This document shows positions 20,424 to 30,068 of a DNA stretch of 64,000 nucleotides, one piece after another (within the stretch, counting starts at the first letter, position 1; every line of letters begins with the position of its first letter). The DNA comes from Polyangiaceae bacterium (GTDB lineage Bacteria; Myxococcota_A; Polyangia; Polyangiales; Polyangiaceae). The notes under the pieces are model-generated. The model worked only from the letters and a program-made list of their open reading frames with translations, did not search any database and was not told the DNA's origin. Location: NCBI GenBank assembly GCA_044376115.1, contig JBILLK010000006.1:128001-192000 (forward strand). Reading direction: 5' to 3'. The position numbers and the translations under genes are program-made.

Positions 20424-22715
20424 TTACGGGGTGGGTGTGAAGGTAGAGGTGAGCGCATAGACGCCGCCCGCCGAAGCGAAGCCAGCGACAATCACGGTCA
20501 CCGTTTGGCCGGCGCTCAGCACGGCTTCGCCAGTTTCACTCCCGTTGGCTGGAGAGGAGTTACCGCAGGCCAGGAAGTCATTGCCGGTGATCGGTCCGCA
20601 GCCGTCTTGAACGTAGAACACCAGGTTCACGTTGGGCTCGGCGAGCTGCAATTTCAGCACGCCATCGCTAGGCGCCACGAAGCGATAGGCCTTTGCGTCG
20701 GAGGACGCGAAGGAGCACAGGCCGCTCAGGTCGAAGAGGGCCGGGGACCCAACGGTGTTGCCAAGCGTGGTGGTCAGCGGAAGTTCGGGCAGCGCGTCGC
20801 AAACGAGAGCCCACTCGATGGTCAAACAGTCGGTTGAGCAGCCGTCATTGCTGGTGGTGTTGCCGTCGTCGCAGGCCTCTGGTCCGCCGGTCTTGCCGTC
20901 GCCACAAACGGCCGGCTCGAAGGTCGCAAACAGCGTGAACGGGCCCGCCTCCGCGGGGGTTTGGCCGCGCACCTGCAGTAGCAGCGGCTCTTGCACGGTC
21001 GCTTCTACATCGAAGGTAAGTTCGTCGTCTCCCAACAAGGCCGCGCACGCGAGCTGCGAGTCCGCTAGTGCACAATCGGACATCAGGTTCAGGCTCAAAT
21101 CCGCGCCGGAGGAGAGCTTGACCGTCAATCTCCCGGGTCCGGGGGGAAGGAAGGAATAGTTCGCAACGGTAGTTGCAACATACGGATCGCACGTCGAGCC
21201 GTAGCCGCTGGGACCATCGATGGTGGTGCCGTCAATCGGGGTATCGAGCGAGAGCGTCTGCGTCTGGGTGCAAAGAAAATCGAAGTTCGCCGAAGTGCAG
21301 CTGGCGTTGCAGGCGTCATTGCCGTTGAGGTTGCCGTCGTCGCAAAGCTCGCCGGCGATTACATTGAGGATGCCATCGCCGCAGACCGCAGCCGGCTTGC
21401 ACAAACCGAGCTCGGGATTGGAGAAAAGCTCGATGCAGGCTTCACCCGCGTTGCAGGCCGGGTCATCGATGCGGCATAGTCGCTCACAAATCGCCTCGGG
21501 CTGCTCCGGGAAGATGCGCAAGCAGATACCGCGATAAGCTGAACCTTCAATGCCACATTCGGTAGTCTCCGGAGAGTTCGCCTCGCAGCTCTCGCCGATG
21601 TTCGCTGGGTCACCGAAGCTCGCCGGCTTGCAAATGTTAGCGATGCTGCAGAAGCGGTCGCTGGGGCAGTCCTCGTTTTCATTGAGGTAGGTACAGGTCT
21701 TTTGACACTCCCCCGGCTCGCCCCAGCAGAAGGCGCCGGCTTCACACTCGGTGGAGTTGTCGCGCGGAGTGCAGCTTGCCCCGAGCGGAAGCGTCCCGCG
21801 TTGCATACAAACGCCCAAGCTCTGCGTCGGACCGAGCACGCGGCAGACCTCGTCGCTAGCGCACTCGCCGTCGCTTCCGCAACGTGCATAACACGCACCC
21901 AGCGCAGGGCCGGCGGCGAGGGCATCGGGGTCCCAAAGCTGGGAGAGACAGACGTCGGTGCCCTCGCAGAAGGGGCCATCGAAGAGCAGGTCACATTCTT
22001 GGGGAACGCACGTATCGCTCGAGGGCGAACACACCTGTTGTATCTCGTTGCCGCATTGTTCGGCCGAACTGCAGGGCGCGCCGTCGACGGGGCGCGTATC
22101 GACGTCCCATTGGGCCACGTGGAAGCAAGCGTCGTCGTCCGTGAACTCCCAGCTCAGATCCTCATTTTGGCGCACCTCGAAGAGTTCGACGTTTTGCAGG
22201 TTGGCGCTGAAGATGCTCCAATCCTCCGCATCGAAGTTGGTCAGCGTGAAGGAGCCTGTCTTTGGGTAGAAGGCCCGCAGCGGCTGCCCTGACTTCGCGT
22301 AGCCGACGAGCAGCGCGCAGTGTTGGCAGGTGCCGTAGTTGTCGTCCGGAGCCTCCGCGAAGGAGAAGGTCCCTGGCGTGAGCGGAGGCAACGTGCCGCT
22401 GCCATCGTCCTCGTACAGCTCCATCGTGAGGCGCGTTTTCGCTAGGTCCGGTAGGTCGGGCTGCACCGGGACGATCGCTCCGCGGGTGATGCTCTCGTAG
22501 AAGACCCCGGTGTCGCCGAGGGCGAGCTGTGTGCACGGGCCTGTGTACGGGTCGGAACCACCGCCCCCGCTGGCTCCCTCACCGCCGACGCCGCCGGCTC
22601 CGCCCGGAGTCTCTCCGCCGCCTCCCTGCGGCAGCGAGTCATCGCCGCAGGCAACGAGCAGAGCAAGGTTGAAGAGGCCCACGATCGACCAAGAAGAGAA
22701 GTTACGGTGCATCAT
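20424..22715 (-). CDS. Large Cys-rich lipoprotein with DUF4215-type repeats and PPC-like beta-sandwich domains
   Basis: Lipobox LVAC, Gly linker, many Cys, 2 x CGDG...CDDGN and two similar Y.F..P..G.L...L domains. Confidence 0.8.
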   Translation of the reverse strand: MMHRNFSSWSIVGLFNLALLVACGDDSLPQGGGGETPGGAGGVGGEGASGGGGSDPYTGPCTQLALGDTGVFYESITRGAIVPVQPDLPDLAKTRLTMELYEDDGSGTLPPLTPGTFSFAEAPDDNYGTCQHCALLVGYAKSGQPLRAFYPKTGSFTLTNFDAEDWSIFSANLQNVELFEVRQNEDLSWEFTDDDACFHVAQWDVDTRPVDGAPCSSAEQCGNEIQQVCSPSSDTCVPQECDLLFDGPFCEGTDVCLSQLWDPDALAAGPALGACYARCGSDGECASDEVCRVLGPTQSLGVCMQRGTLPLGASCTPRDNSTECEAGAFCWGEPGECQKTCTYLNENEDCPSDRFCSIANICKPASFGDPANIGESCEANSPETTECGIEGSAYRGICLRIFPEQPEAICERLCRIDDPACNAGEACIELFSNPELGLCKPAAVCGDGILNVIAGELCDDGNLNGNDACNASCTSANFDFLCTQTQTLSLDTPIDGTTIDGPSGYGSTCDPYVATTVANYSFLPPGPGRLTVKLSSGADLSLNLMSDCALADSQLACAALLGDDELTFDVEATVQEPLLLQVRGQTPAEAGPFTLFATFEPAVCGDGKTGGPEACDDGNTTSNDGCSTDCLTIEWALVCDALPELPLTTTLGNTVGSPALFDLSGLCSFASSDAKAYRFVAPSDGVLKLQLAEPNVNLVFYVQDGCGPITGNDFLACGNSSPANGSETGEAVLSAGQTVTVIVAGFASAGGVYALTSTFTPTP

Positions 22716-22778
22716 GCAACAGAATGCCCGGCAAGCTTCGAACGCTGCCTGAAAGCGTGTTGAAAGTTGGCGCAGCGC

Positions 22779-25265
22779 TCAACCCTGGCGATCGCTCGCC
22801 CACAGCGCCCGTACTGAGGCGGAGATGCGATATCCATCCTCATGCTGCTCCAGGACGTTGCGCAGTCCCAGCCGGCGTAAGGTCGCAACCGCCGCATAGA
22901 CGCGCTCGCTTCCAGCGTGGGGCAACATTCGCTCACCGGGCCAGCCAGCGCGGATGAGCTCGGCGACCGTGAGCCCAGCCCCCGGCTTGCGTTGTCGTGC
23001 GTTCACCAACTCGAGCAACAAGCTCTTGAGCGCCTTGCGCTTGCCCAAGTTGACGGCCTCCTGTGTCCCCACGCGAAACCATGAGGCGTCAGCCGCGAAG
23101 ACCACCGAGCTCGTGCTGGGCGCATGACTCATCATCGCCCGCAGCCGGGCGGCCAAGCGAACGTCCGCCGCGAGCTGCAGCTCGGCCTCCAGCGATTCCA
23201 CCGCGGTCCCCCGCAAGACCGCCAATAGCGCAGTAAAAAGAGGTCGCGAATAGCGCGATAACGCGTCGGCGCTGCGCTCGAAGGTGCGCTCTGCGTCGTC
23301 TTCGGCCCCGCGTAACGCGAGCAGTACGGCCAGCAGGGCGAGCGCCAGCCCCTCGTGGTCGGGGCAGGTCTCTCGCACAATCTCCAGGGCCTCGCGCAGA
23401 CAAGCGTCCGCCGTATCGAGCGAACCCTCTTCCAAGTGCAGGGCGCCGGTGAACAGCAGGATGATGCCTTTGGCGCGGCGAACATCGGCCTCTTCGATGC
23501 ATGCTCGCGCCTCGGCATAACGAGCGAGCGCCAAGCCACGTTCGCCCGCTTCGTGCTGAATGCGCCCGAGATAGGTAAGAGCGATGCCTCGCCAATGCGG
23601 CTGGTCCTCGCGTTGAAATACGGCTTCGGCGTCGAACAGCTCGGCGTAGCCCGCACGAAACTGGCCCTTTTCCACCAACAGCACGCCCAACGCGAGTCGA
23701 GCAACAGCCTTGGTGAGCGCGTCGCCTGCGCGTTCTGCATCGAGGATCGCCTCGCGCATCAACGGCTCCGCGGCGTCATGGTTGTCTTCGTTGCAGAAGG
23801 TGTTGGCCACCATCACCTTGCCCAAGGCCTGAAAGCGCGCGGCCGGGTGAACCACCAGCGCTTGCTCGATGTAGCTCCGACCGAGCTGCCATTGACTGGT
23901 CCCGGCTGCGACGTTGCCCAACCCGGCGAGCGCCTCTGCGACGATCGAGGCTTGCTCGCGTGAGCTCGCGAGCGCATGCGCGCGGGTGAGGTCCTCGTGG
24001 GCCGCGCGCAGGTCCCCCAAGAAGCGGCGGGCCGTTCCTCGACGCAAGTAGAGTTCAGCGGCCAGTCTGGGCTCGTCGCCGAGCGACTCCAGAGTCAGCG
24101 TGAGCAAGGCGTTGGCCTGCGCATAGGAGAGGCCGCGCTTGTTATGGGTTAGCGCAAGGCAGAGCTCTGCCGCAAGCTCCGGGAGTTGACTCCGTGTCCG
24201 TTCGAAAGCGACCTGAAGGTTGCTGGTTTCCGCTGAACTGTGCGAGTCCGCGTCCTGCGTTGCAAGTCGCAGCGTGGTTTCGGCATGGCGGCGTGCAAGC
24301 AGCTGATAGCGCGCCGAGTCGGACTCGAGCTCGCGTTCCGCAAAGCGCTGTATGCTCGCGAGCAGGTCGAAGCGATAGCCCGTCGACGTGCGCTCAGCGA
24401 ACAACATCGACCGCTCTCGCAATTGCGACAGCCCGTCGATGACCGCGTTCTCATCCTCCAGCAGCTGCGTGAGGGCGTCGATCACGAAGCCTCCGCGAAA
24501 CAGCGAGGCGGCCTGCAGACACTCGCGCGCGCGCGCGCTCAGCAAGTCGTAGGCGGTGCGAATCGAGAGCGCGAGGTTGTGCAAGAGGTCGGAAGCAACG
24601 TCTGGTCGAGTGAGACGACGCAAGGCCTCTCGCGGGGTGAGCACCCCGAGCTTCGGCGCAAACAGCTCGATAGCGAGGGGATGGCCGTCGAGCGCCGCGG
24701 CCAACGAATGAGCGTCCTCGCGGTCGAGCTCCCCGAGCTTCACCCGCGCCGACTCTTCGCAGCGGGTTCGGAGCAGGGTCGCCGCCTCGGCCCAGCGGCC
24801 ACTGCCAGGATCGACCAACGAGAGTCGCGTCAGCTCGATCTGCGGCAGCTTGGTTTTGAGCGCGCGTTGCGAGGTGACCACCAGGCACACGCCCGCGTTC
24901 GCCCACTCATCGAGCAACGGTTCGATGCCGTCGATTTGCTCGACATGGTCGAGCAAGAGGGTCGTTGGTCCGAGCAGGCGTTGCATGAGCTTGCGTGAGG
25001 CTGCGGCCCTGCTCAACGTTGGAGGCAGGCGATGGTGAAGGGCATCCGCCACTCGCAGCAGCAAGCCATCCACGTCGTGCACGTCTTTGAGTCGCAAGTC
25101 CACGAGCCCCGTTGCAGAGCGAGCGAGCTCCAAGGCGAGGCGGGTTTTGCCGATCCCTGGCGGGCCGGTCAGAATGAAAGACTGGCGCTGGGAGAAGGCG
25201 GATCGTGCTAGGGCGGAGCAGGCTTCAGGCTCGACGTAGCCGTTCTCGGGCAGTTGTGACTTCAT
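22779..25265 (-). CDS. STAND/NB-ARC-like ATPase with TPR repeats and C-terminal winged-helix DNA-binding domain
   Basis: Walker A GPPGIGKT, Walker B LLLDHVE, LDGHPLAIEL, helical TPR-like repeats, and C-terminal LIRAGWPGE...VYAAVATLRR...GYRI. Confidence 0.82.
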   Translation of the reverse strand: MKSQLPENGYVEPEACSALARSAFSQRQSFILTGPPGIGKTRLALELARSATGLVDLRLKDVHDVDGLLLRVADALHHRLPPTLSRAAASRKLMQRLLGPTTLLLDHVEQIDGIEPLLDEWANAGVCLVVTSQRALKTKLPQIELTRLSLVDPGSGRWAEAATLLRTRCEESARVKLGELDREDAHSLAAALDGHPLAIELFAPKLGVLTPREALRRLTRPDVASDLLHNLALSIRTAYDLLSARARECLQAASLFRGGFVIDALTQLLEDENAVIDGLSQLRERSMLFAERTSTGYRFDLLASIQRFAERELESDSARYQLLARRHAETTLRLATQDADSHSSAETSNLQVAFERTRSQLPELAAELCLALTHNKRGLSYAQANALLTLTLESLGDEPRLAAELYLRRGTARRFLGDLRAAHEDLTRAHALASSREQASIVAEALAGLGNVAAGTSQWQLGRSYIEQALVVHPAARFQALGKVMVANTFCNEDNHDAAEPLMREAILDAERAGDALTKAVARLALGVLLVEKGQFRAGYAELFDAEAVFQREDQPHWRGIALTYLGRIQHEAGERGLALARYAEARACIEEADVRRAKGIILLFTGALHLEEGSLDTADACLREALEIVRETCPDHEGLALALLAVLLALRGAEDDAERTFERSADALSRYSRPLFTALLAVLRGTAVESLEAELQLAADVRLAARLRAMMSHAPSTSSVVFAADASWFRVGTQEAVNLGKRKALKSLLLELVNARQRKPGAGLTVAELIRAGWPGERMLPHAGSERVYAAVATLRRLGLRNVLEQHEDGYRISASVRALWASDRQG

Positions 25266-25299
25266 CGGGCTAGGCGATCGAGGCGCGCAGCCATCGCGG

Positions 25300-26826
25300 T
25301 CAGAATTCGCCGTACTCTTTGGGTTTACCGCCCGCCGCTTTGAGCGTTATCGGCCCTTCTTTGCGGTCTTGATCCGGAACGACGGTGACGACTTGCGGGA
25401 GGTAGTTCGCCCGCTTGACCGTGAGCTTGAGGGCGGTGGTCCCGCGTGGAAGCTTCAGCACCTCGCCGGCCTTCCCGATCCGCTTATCACCGTCGAAAAT
25501 CTCCGCATCGGTGGGGACTACTGCAAGCTCGATCGAGACGGTTTGCTCGACAGGCGACGCACTGGACGCGCTCACGTTGGAAGAAGAAGGGCTGAGTGAA
25601 GGCAGCACCGTCATCGTTGGTGCCGAGGTTGGCTCCGGCCGAATCGGTGCTGGAGCGCTTTCGGCTGGGGCGGGTGAGGGCTCGCTGCTTGCGACTTCGG
25701 GCTTTGAACCGAAGAACAAGAAGGCTCCAAGCCCCAGCAGGCTTCCAACCGCTGCAACCGCACCGACGATGACCAACGGACTGAGCTTCCTTTCTGGCAA
25801 GCCAGCAATGGAGGACGCAACGAGGGTGTCGTTGCGCTCGAAGAGCGCGGTCGAGCCGGGCGCAAACTCGCGCTTCGAAGGCGCTTGTATCGGCGGCAGC
25901 CTGGCCGTTGTGCCCGCGTCCCCGCGTCCTCCTACGCGCAAGACCGCCTCAACCGCATCCACGATCGACTGTGGCCGCTTCGCTGGGTCCTTGGCCAACA
26001 TCGCAAGCAATGGGGCATCGAGCTCCGCGGGTATGGCGGGATTGAACGAGCTCGGCAGCGGCGGCTCTGCATTGAGCTGCTTCATCATCACCTCCATCAT
26101 GCTCTCCCCGTCGAACGGAATGCGACCGGTCAACATCTGGAAGGCCATGATCCCGAAGGAGTAGATGTCCGAGCGAAAGTCGACGTCCTTGCCGTGGACC
26201 TGCTCCGGCGACATGTACAGCGGCGTGCCCATGGGTACGCCCGAGCGCGTCTTGTGCTGACTGTTCTTGTCGACGACGAGCTTTGCGATACCGAAGTCGA
26301 GCAGCTTGGGGGAGGCGTTGCCCTCGTCGTCGATGCAGAGAAATACGTTCTCGGGCTTGATGTCGCGATGGGTGATGCCGTTGGCGTGGGCCGCGCCGAG
26401 GGCGCGCGCCACCGCGCGAAGTACGGGCGCAGCCTGCTCGAAGGGCATTGCTCCGTGGGCCTCGAGATAATTCTCGAGCGGCGTTCCATCGAGCAGCTCC
26501 ATGACGAAGAACTGTCTCCCGTCTGGAAGCACGCCGAAGCTGAAGATGTCGATGATGTTCTTGTGGCGGATTTGGTTGACCGCTCGGGCCTCCGAAATGA
26601 ACCGAGCCACCATCTCCGGCTGCGACGAAAACTCTCGCTTCAGGACCTTGATGGCAGCGTGCTTGCCAATCACTGGGTGCACCGCGCGATACACCGCACC
26701 AAAGCCGCCTTCGCCCAGCAGGCCAAGCACTTCGTACTCACCCACTTTCATTTGCGCCGGCAGATGCTCATCGCCGTGGGTGAGGATGTCGGAAGCGGGC
26801 GCCGAGGTGGTGTCTAGGTTGGTCAT
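25300..26826 (-). CDS. Membrane Ser/Thr protein kinase with C-terminal PEGA-like domain
   Basis: GEGGFGAVY, HRDIKPEN, DFG and GTPLYMSPE motifs; TM helix; VVPTDAEIFDG PEGA-like segment. Confidence 0.92.
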   Translation of the reverse strand: MTNLDTTSAPASDILTHGDEHLPAQMKVGEYEVLGLLGEGGFGAVYRAVHPVIGKHAAIKVLKREFSSQPEMVARFISEARAVNQIRHKNIIDIFSFGVLPDGRQFFVMELLDGTPLENYLEAHGAMPFEQAAPVLRAVARALGAAHANGITHRDIKPENVFLCIDDEGNASPKLLDFGIAKLVVDKNSQHKTRSGVPMGTPLYMSPEQVHGKDVDFRSDIYSFGIMAFQMLTGRIPFDGESMMEVMMKQLNAEPPLPSSFNPAIPAELDAPLLAMLAKDPAKRPQSIVDAVEAVLRVGGRGDAGTTARLPPIQAPSKREFAPGSTALFERNDTLVASSIAGLPERKLSPLVIVGAVAAVGSLLGLGAFLFFGSKPEVASSEPSPAPAESAPAPIRPEPTSAPTMTVLPSLSPSSSNVSASSASPVEQTVSIELAVVPTDAEIFDGDKRIGKAGEVLKLPRGTTALKLTVKRANYLPQVVTVVPDQDRKEGPITLKAAGGKPKEYGEF

Positions 26827-26898
26827 GGCCGCGACCGCTTGACGGTCATCAGCAGGCTATCAGGGCGAGGTTTGTCCGGGCAACCATGCGCGCGCTAG

Positions 26899-27783
26899 TC
26901 AGAACGTTCCTGTGACGAACAGCCCGCGCGGCCCCACGGTCACTTTGGCAGCTGGCGGTGCCTCCGGCGCCTTGTCGAAGGACAGCAAGAGCACGACTCC
27001 GCCGCCCACGGCGCTGAGCGCCGAGAGCGTCCACAGGACGTTGGTCGCAATCTTGAGCGACTCCGCCTCGCCGATCAGATCCTCCGTCGTCTGGTCGATC
27101 ACACCTTGGTCAATTCGCAGCACCGCCTCATCACGAGCCGAGAGGCCGGTGATGCCAGTGCCAATCGCCGCTCCACCAAAGACGGCGGCAGCGCCGAAAA
27201 GGCCAATGCTCGCGATCAAGAGCGGGGGAACGTCCTCCGACGACGAGCCACCGAATTGCACCTGCACCGGTTCAGCGCGCGCCGCGTTGAACGCTCGCGA
27301 GTCGTCAAAATCTCCGTCCGCGAGGGTGACCTTGTGAGCGCCCGGGAGCGCGTGAAAGCGCGAGCGGCTGTCGAGTAGCGGGCCATCGTCGATGCGGGCT
27401 TTCGCCGAGCGAGGCGCCCCCACGAGCGTTACGACCGACAGGCTCTTCTCCGAATCGCGCAGCCGTTGTTGCGCATCCGTTGCTTGTTCCGCAGAAAGCC
27501 CGTCCATCTCGAGCGCCGCAGCGAAGGCGTCAGCCGCGTGATCCATTCGGCCCGCTGCTAGCCAAGCCAACCCGGCGTTGTAGAGCGGGGCCGGATGTGG
27601 CTCCTCTTGATACGCGCGCTCAAACTCCGCCGCCGCCGTACGAAACTCTCCTCGCGAGAATGCGGAGGAGCCCGCTGCAAAGCTTTTGGCCGCGTTAGCC
27701 TCGTCAGCGACCGCCAACCCTGGCTGTACGATGGCGAGCGCCCAACCCAGGAGCGCGGCTGCATAGGTGCGGGTCGAACTCAT
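26899..27783 (-). CDS. Secreted TPR + PEGA-like protein with C-terminal hydrophobic hairpin
   Basis: Signal peptide, TPR (AAAEFERAY...LYNAGLAW), two C-terminal hydrophobic helices and a terminal GTF. Confidence 0.75.
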   Translation of the reverse strand: MSSTRTYAAALLGWALAIVQPGLAVADEANAAKSFAAGSSAFSRGEFRTAAAEFERAYQEEPHPAPLYNAGLAWLAAGRMDHAADAFAAALEMDGLSAEQATDAQQRLRDSEKSLSVVTLVGAPRSAKARIDDGPLLDSRSRFHALPGAHKVTLADGDFDDSRAFNAARAEPVQVQFGGSSSEDVPPLLIASIGLFGAAAVFGGAAIGTGITGLSARDEAVLRIDQGVIDQTTEDLIGEAESLKIATNVLWTLSALSAVGGGVVLLLSFDKAPEAPPAAKVTVGPRGLFVTGTF

Positions 27784-27831
27784 TGCGCGGCGCCGACGAT
27801 ACACCCGATCCCTCTCGGGCGTGGAGGAGGC

Positions 27832-28458
27832 TTAGGGGCCGCAGGTCCCATTCGTTTGGTCACACACGTTTCCCGCGGGATTGTTGAGACAATCGGCGTC
27901 TTCACAACAGGCTACGGTGCAGGTGTTATCCGCCTGGCATTTCCCCGGCTGCGGGCAGTCCTCGGATACGAGGCAGTCGACGCATGCACCGACGGGCGAG
28001 CAACGACGTGTTTCGCCGTTGGGCTTGGCGCAATCGCCGTCATCGACGCATTCCCGGCAAACGCGTGCGTCCTTGTTGCATACCGGCTTGTTTTGCCGTT
28101 GCGCACAATCGCTATCGTTCATGCACTCGGAGCAGGTCCCGTCCGCGCATTCTGCATCGTTGGTACACTCCGCTGCAACAGAGCACTCCTCGTCGCACTG
28201 GTTGTTCTGACAGCGTCCACTGACTCCGCAGGCACCGGCTTGGGCAGGCGTGCACTCTACGCACTTGCCCTCAAAGCAAACCGGCCGATCCGCCCCGCCG
28301 CAGTCGGCGTTGCGCGAGCATTGGACGCAGCCGAGCACCGGGTCACATTTGAGACCTGCCTCGCAGTTCGGGCAACCAACGAAGTTGCAATCGGGCAGCA
28401 TTGGAATGTCGTAGTCGCAGCCGGCGAACAAGAGCACCACCCAAACGAAGTTCTTCAC
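27832..28458 (-). CDS. Cys-rich lipoprotein (CVECxxxxDC repeats)
   Basis: Lipobox LFAGC; GTG start overlaps the kinase stop (GTGA). Confidence 0.78.
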   Translation of the reverse strand: MKNFVWVVLLFAGCDYDIPMLPDCNFVGCPNCEAGLKCDPVLGCVQCSRNADCGGADRPVCFEGKCVECTPAQAGACGVSGRCQNNQCDEECSVAAECTNDAECADGTCSECMNDSDCAQRQNKPVCNKDARVCRECVDDGDCAKPNGETRRCSPVGACVDCLVSEDCPQPGKCQADNTCTVACCEDADCLNNPAGNVCDQTNGTCGP

Positions 28459-30047
28459 CGCTTCCCTCCGTAGGGGTTGGTGGCAAGGGAAGCCCCTGGT
28501 CCACCTTTGGGTTTCTTCGCCGAGGGCGCTCCTTTTGGAGCGGCCGAGGCACTGGTCGCGGCGATGCTTGTTGCGGTTGGTGCAGGTGCTGCTGTCGGAG
28601 CAGAACTCGATGCCGAAGTCGGTACGGCAGTTGGAAGAGACGAATCGGAAGCAGGTCGGGCCTCGATTCGCGGCGCCGCCGTGTTCTGCGCAGGCAACGA
28701 CTCAGCAGCGGCGGAAACCGAACTCTCCGCCTCCGGGCTCGCGGCTGGTTTTGCGCGGAAGGCCGTCGCAAAGAGCGCGAGCGCACCGGTGAAGATGCCC
28801 GCCGCCATGGCCCCGGCGACCAGCACCAAACGGCGGTCATGCTTGCGTTTGGGCTCATAGTCGCGAACGGCTGAGGTGTCCGTCGGCTGGGTTGTTTCGG
28901 AGCGTATCAACTCCCCCGGTGTGCTCCCTGGCGCAGCGGGGATCGGCCCGTGAACCAGAGCGAATTGGCCGGGTTGAGACGTTGGCGGAGCCCCCACAAT
29001 CACCGGCTTGCGTGCCGCCAAGATGGCCTTGGCTTGCCGCATGCGCTCATTGAGCGAGGCTCGCGTGAGCTCCTCGACGATCGCACCGACCTCATCGTGC
29101 TCGAAGAGGGTGATGCCGCTCGTTTTGCAGGCCTCGATCAGCCCCGCTCGAAAGGCCGCGGCAGACGGCGTTCTGGCCATCTTCTCCTTGTGCAGCGCCT
29201 GTGAGATGACGAGCTCCAGGGCTGGCGGCACGTTCGGATTGACTGCGCGCATCTCCGGCAGTGGGTCCATCACCAGCTGCAAGGCGACAGCGAAGTCGTC
29301 AGCGTTGTCGAACAAGCGACGTCGCGCGAGCAGCTCCCACGCGATCACGCCCGCCGCCCAGACGTCACAGCGCCGATCGAGAACGCCGCCCTGAACCTGC
29401 TCCGGCGGCATGTACGCGACTTTGCCTTTGACTGCGCCGGGCCGCGTTTGACTCAGCCGCGAGGACGTTCGTGCGATGCCAAAGTCTGCAAGCCGAGCCA
29501 TGCCGTCGGTTCCCACCAGGATGTTTTGCGGCGATACATCGCGGTGAACGACCTCAAGCCCTCGACCGTCGTCGTCTTTGAGCTCATGGGCGGCGTGAAG
29601 CCCTGCCAGTGCGTCACAGAGAATGCGCATGGTCATACCGAGCGGCAGCTCGCGGCCCGCCTTCCTAGCGCGCCGAATCAGCCCGCTGAGCGAATCCCCC
29701 TCGATGTAGTCCATGACGAGAAACAGGCTCTTGCCCGACTCGCCGACGTCCAGCGTCGGCACGATGTTCGGGTGGCGGATGCGAACCGCGAGCTTGGCCT
29801 CCTCGAGCAGGTCGGCCATGAAGTCGCCCTCGATGCCTTCCAGATGCGGGTGCGTCAGCTTGATCGCGACGAAGCGCTCAAAGCCTCCAGTGCCCCGAGA
29901 CTGCGCAAGGTACACCGTTGCCATACCGCCAGCGGCGACGGGCAAGATGACCTCATAGCGGCCAAGGTTCGCCGGGATGGACTCCTGCCCATCCGGAGAG
30001 GAACTACGCACAGGCGCAGGATAGGTCAGCCCTGCTGGCTCTGCCAA
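28455..30047 (-). CDS. Membrane Ser/Thr protein kinase
   Basis: GGMATVY, VAIK, HRDVSPQN, DFG and GKVAYMPPE motifs; TM helix; Ala/Pro/Ser tail ending in NPY. Confidence 0.92.
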   Translation of the reverse strand: MAEPAGLTYPAPVRSSSPDGQESIPANLGRYEVILPVAAGGMATVYLAQSRGTGGFERFVAIKLTHPHLEGIEGDFMADLLEEAKLAVRIRHPNIVPTLDVGESGKSLFLVMDYIEGDSLSGLIRRARKAGRELPLGMTMRILCDALAGLHAAHELKDDDGRGLEVVHRDVSPQNILVGTDGMARLADFGIARTSSRLSQTRPGAVKGKVAYMPPEQVQGGVLDRRCDVWAAGVIAWELLARRRLFDNADDFAVALQLVMDPLPEMRAVNPNVPPALELVISQALHKEKMARTPSAAAFRAGLIEACKTSGITLFEHDEVGAIVEELTRASLNERMRQAKAILAARKPVIVGAPPTSQPGQFALVHGPIPAAPGSTPGELIRSETTQPTDTSAVRDYEPKRKHDRRLVLVAGAMAAGIFTGALALFATAFRAKPAASPEAESSVSAAAESLPAQNTAAPRIEARPASDSSLPTAVPTSASSSAPTAAPAPTATSIAATSASAAPKGAPSAKKPKGGPGASLATNPYGGKR

Positions 30048-30068
30048 CGGAGTCTGTTAAGGAAAGGC

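Noticed and set aside
22779..25265. Avs-type anti-phage STAND system
   Set aside because: There is no N-terminal nuclease or other effector; the C-terminal winged helix fits a transcriptional regulator better.
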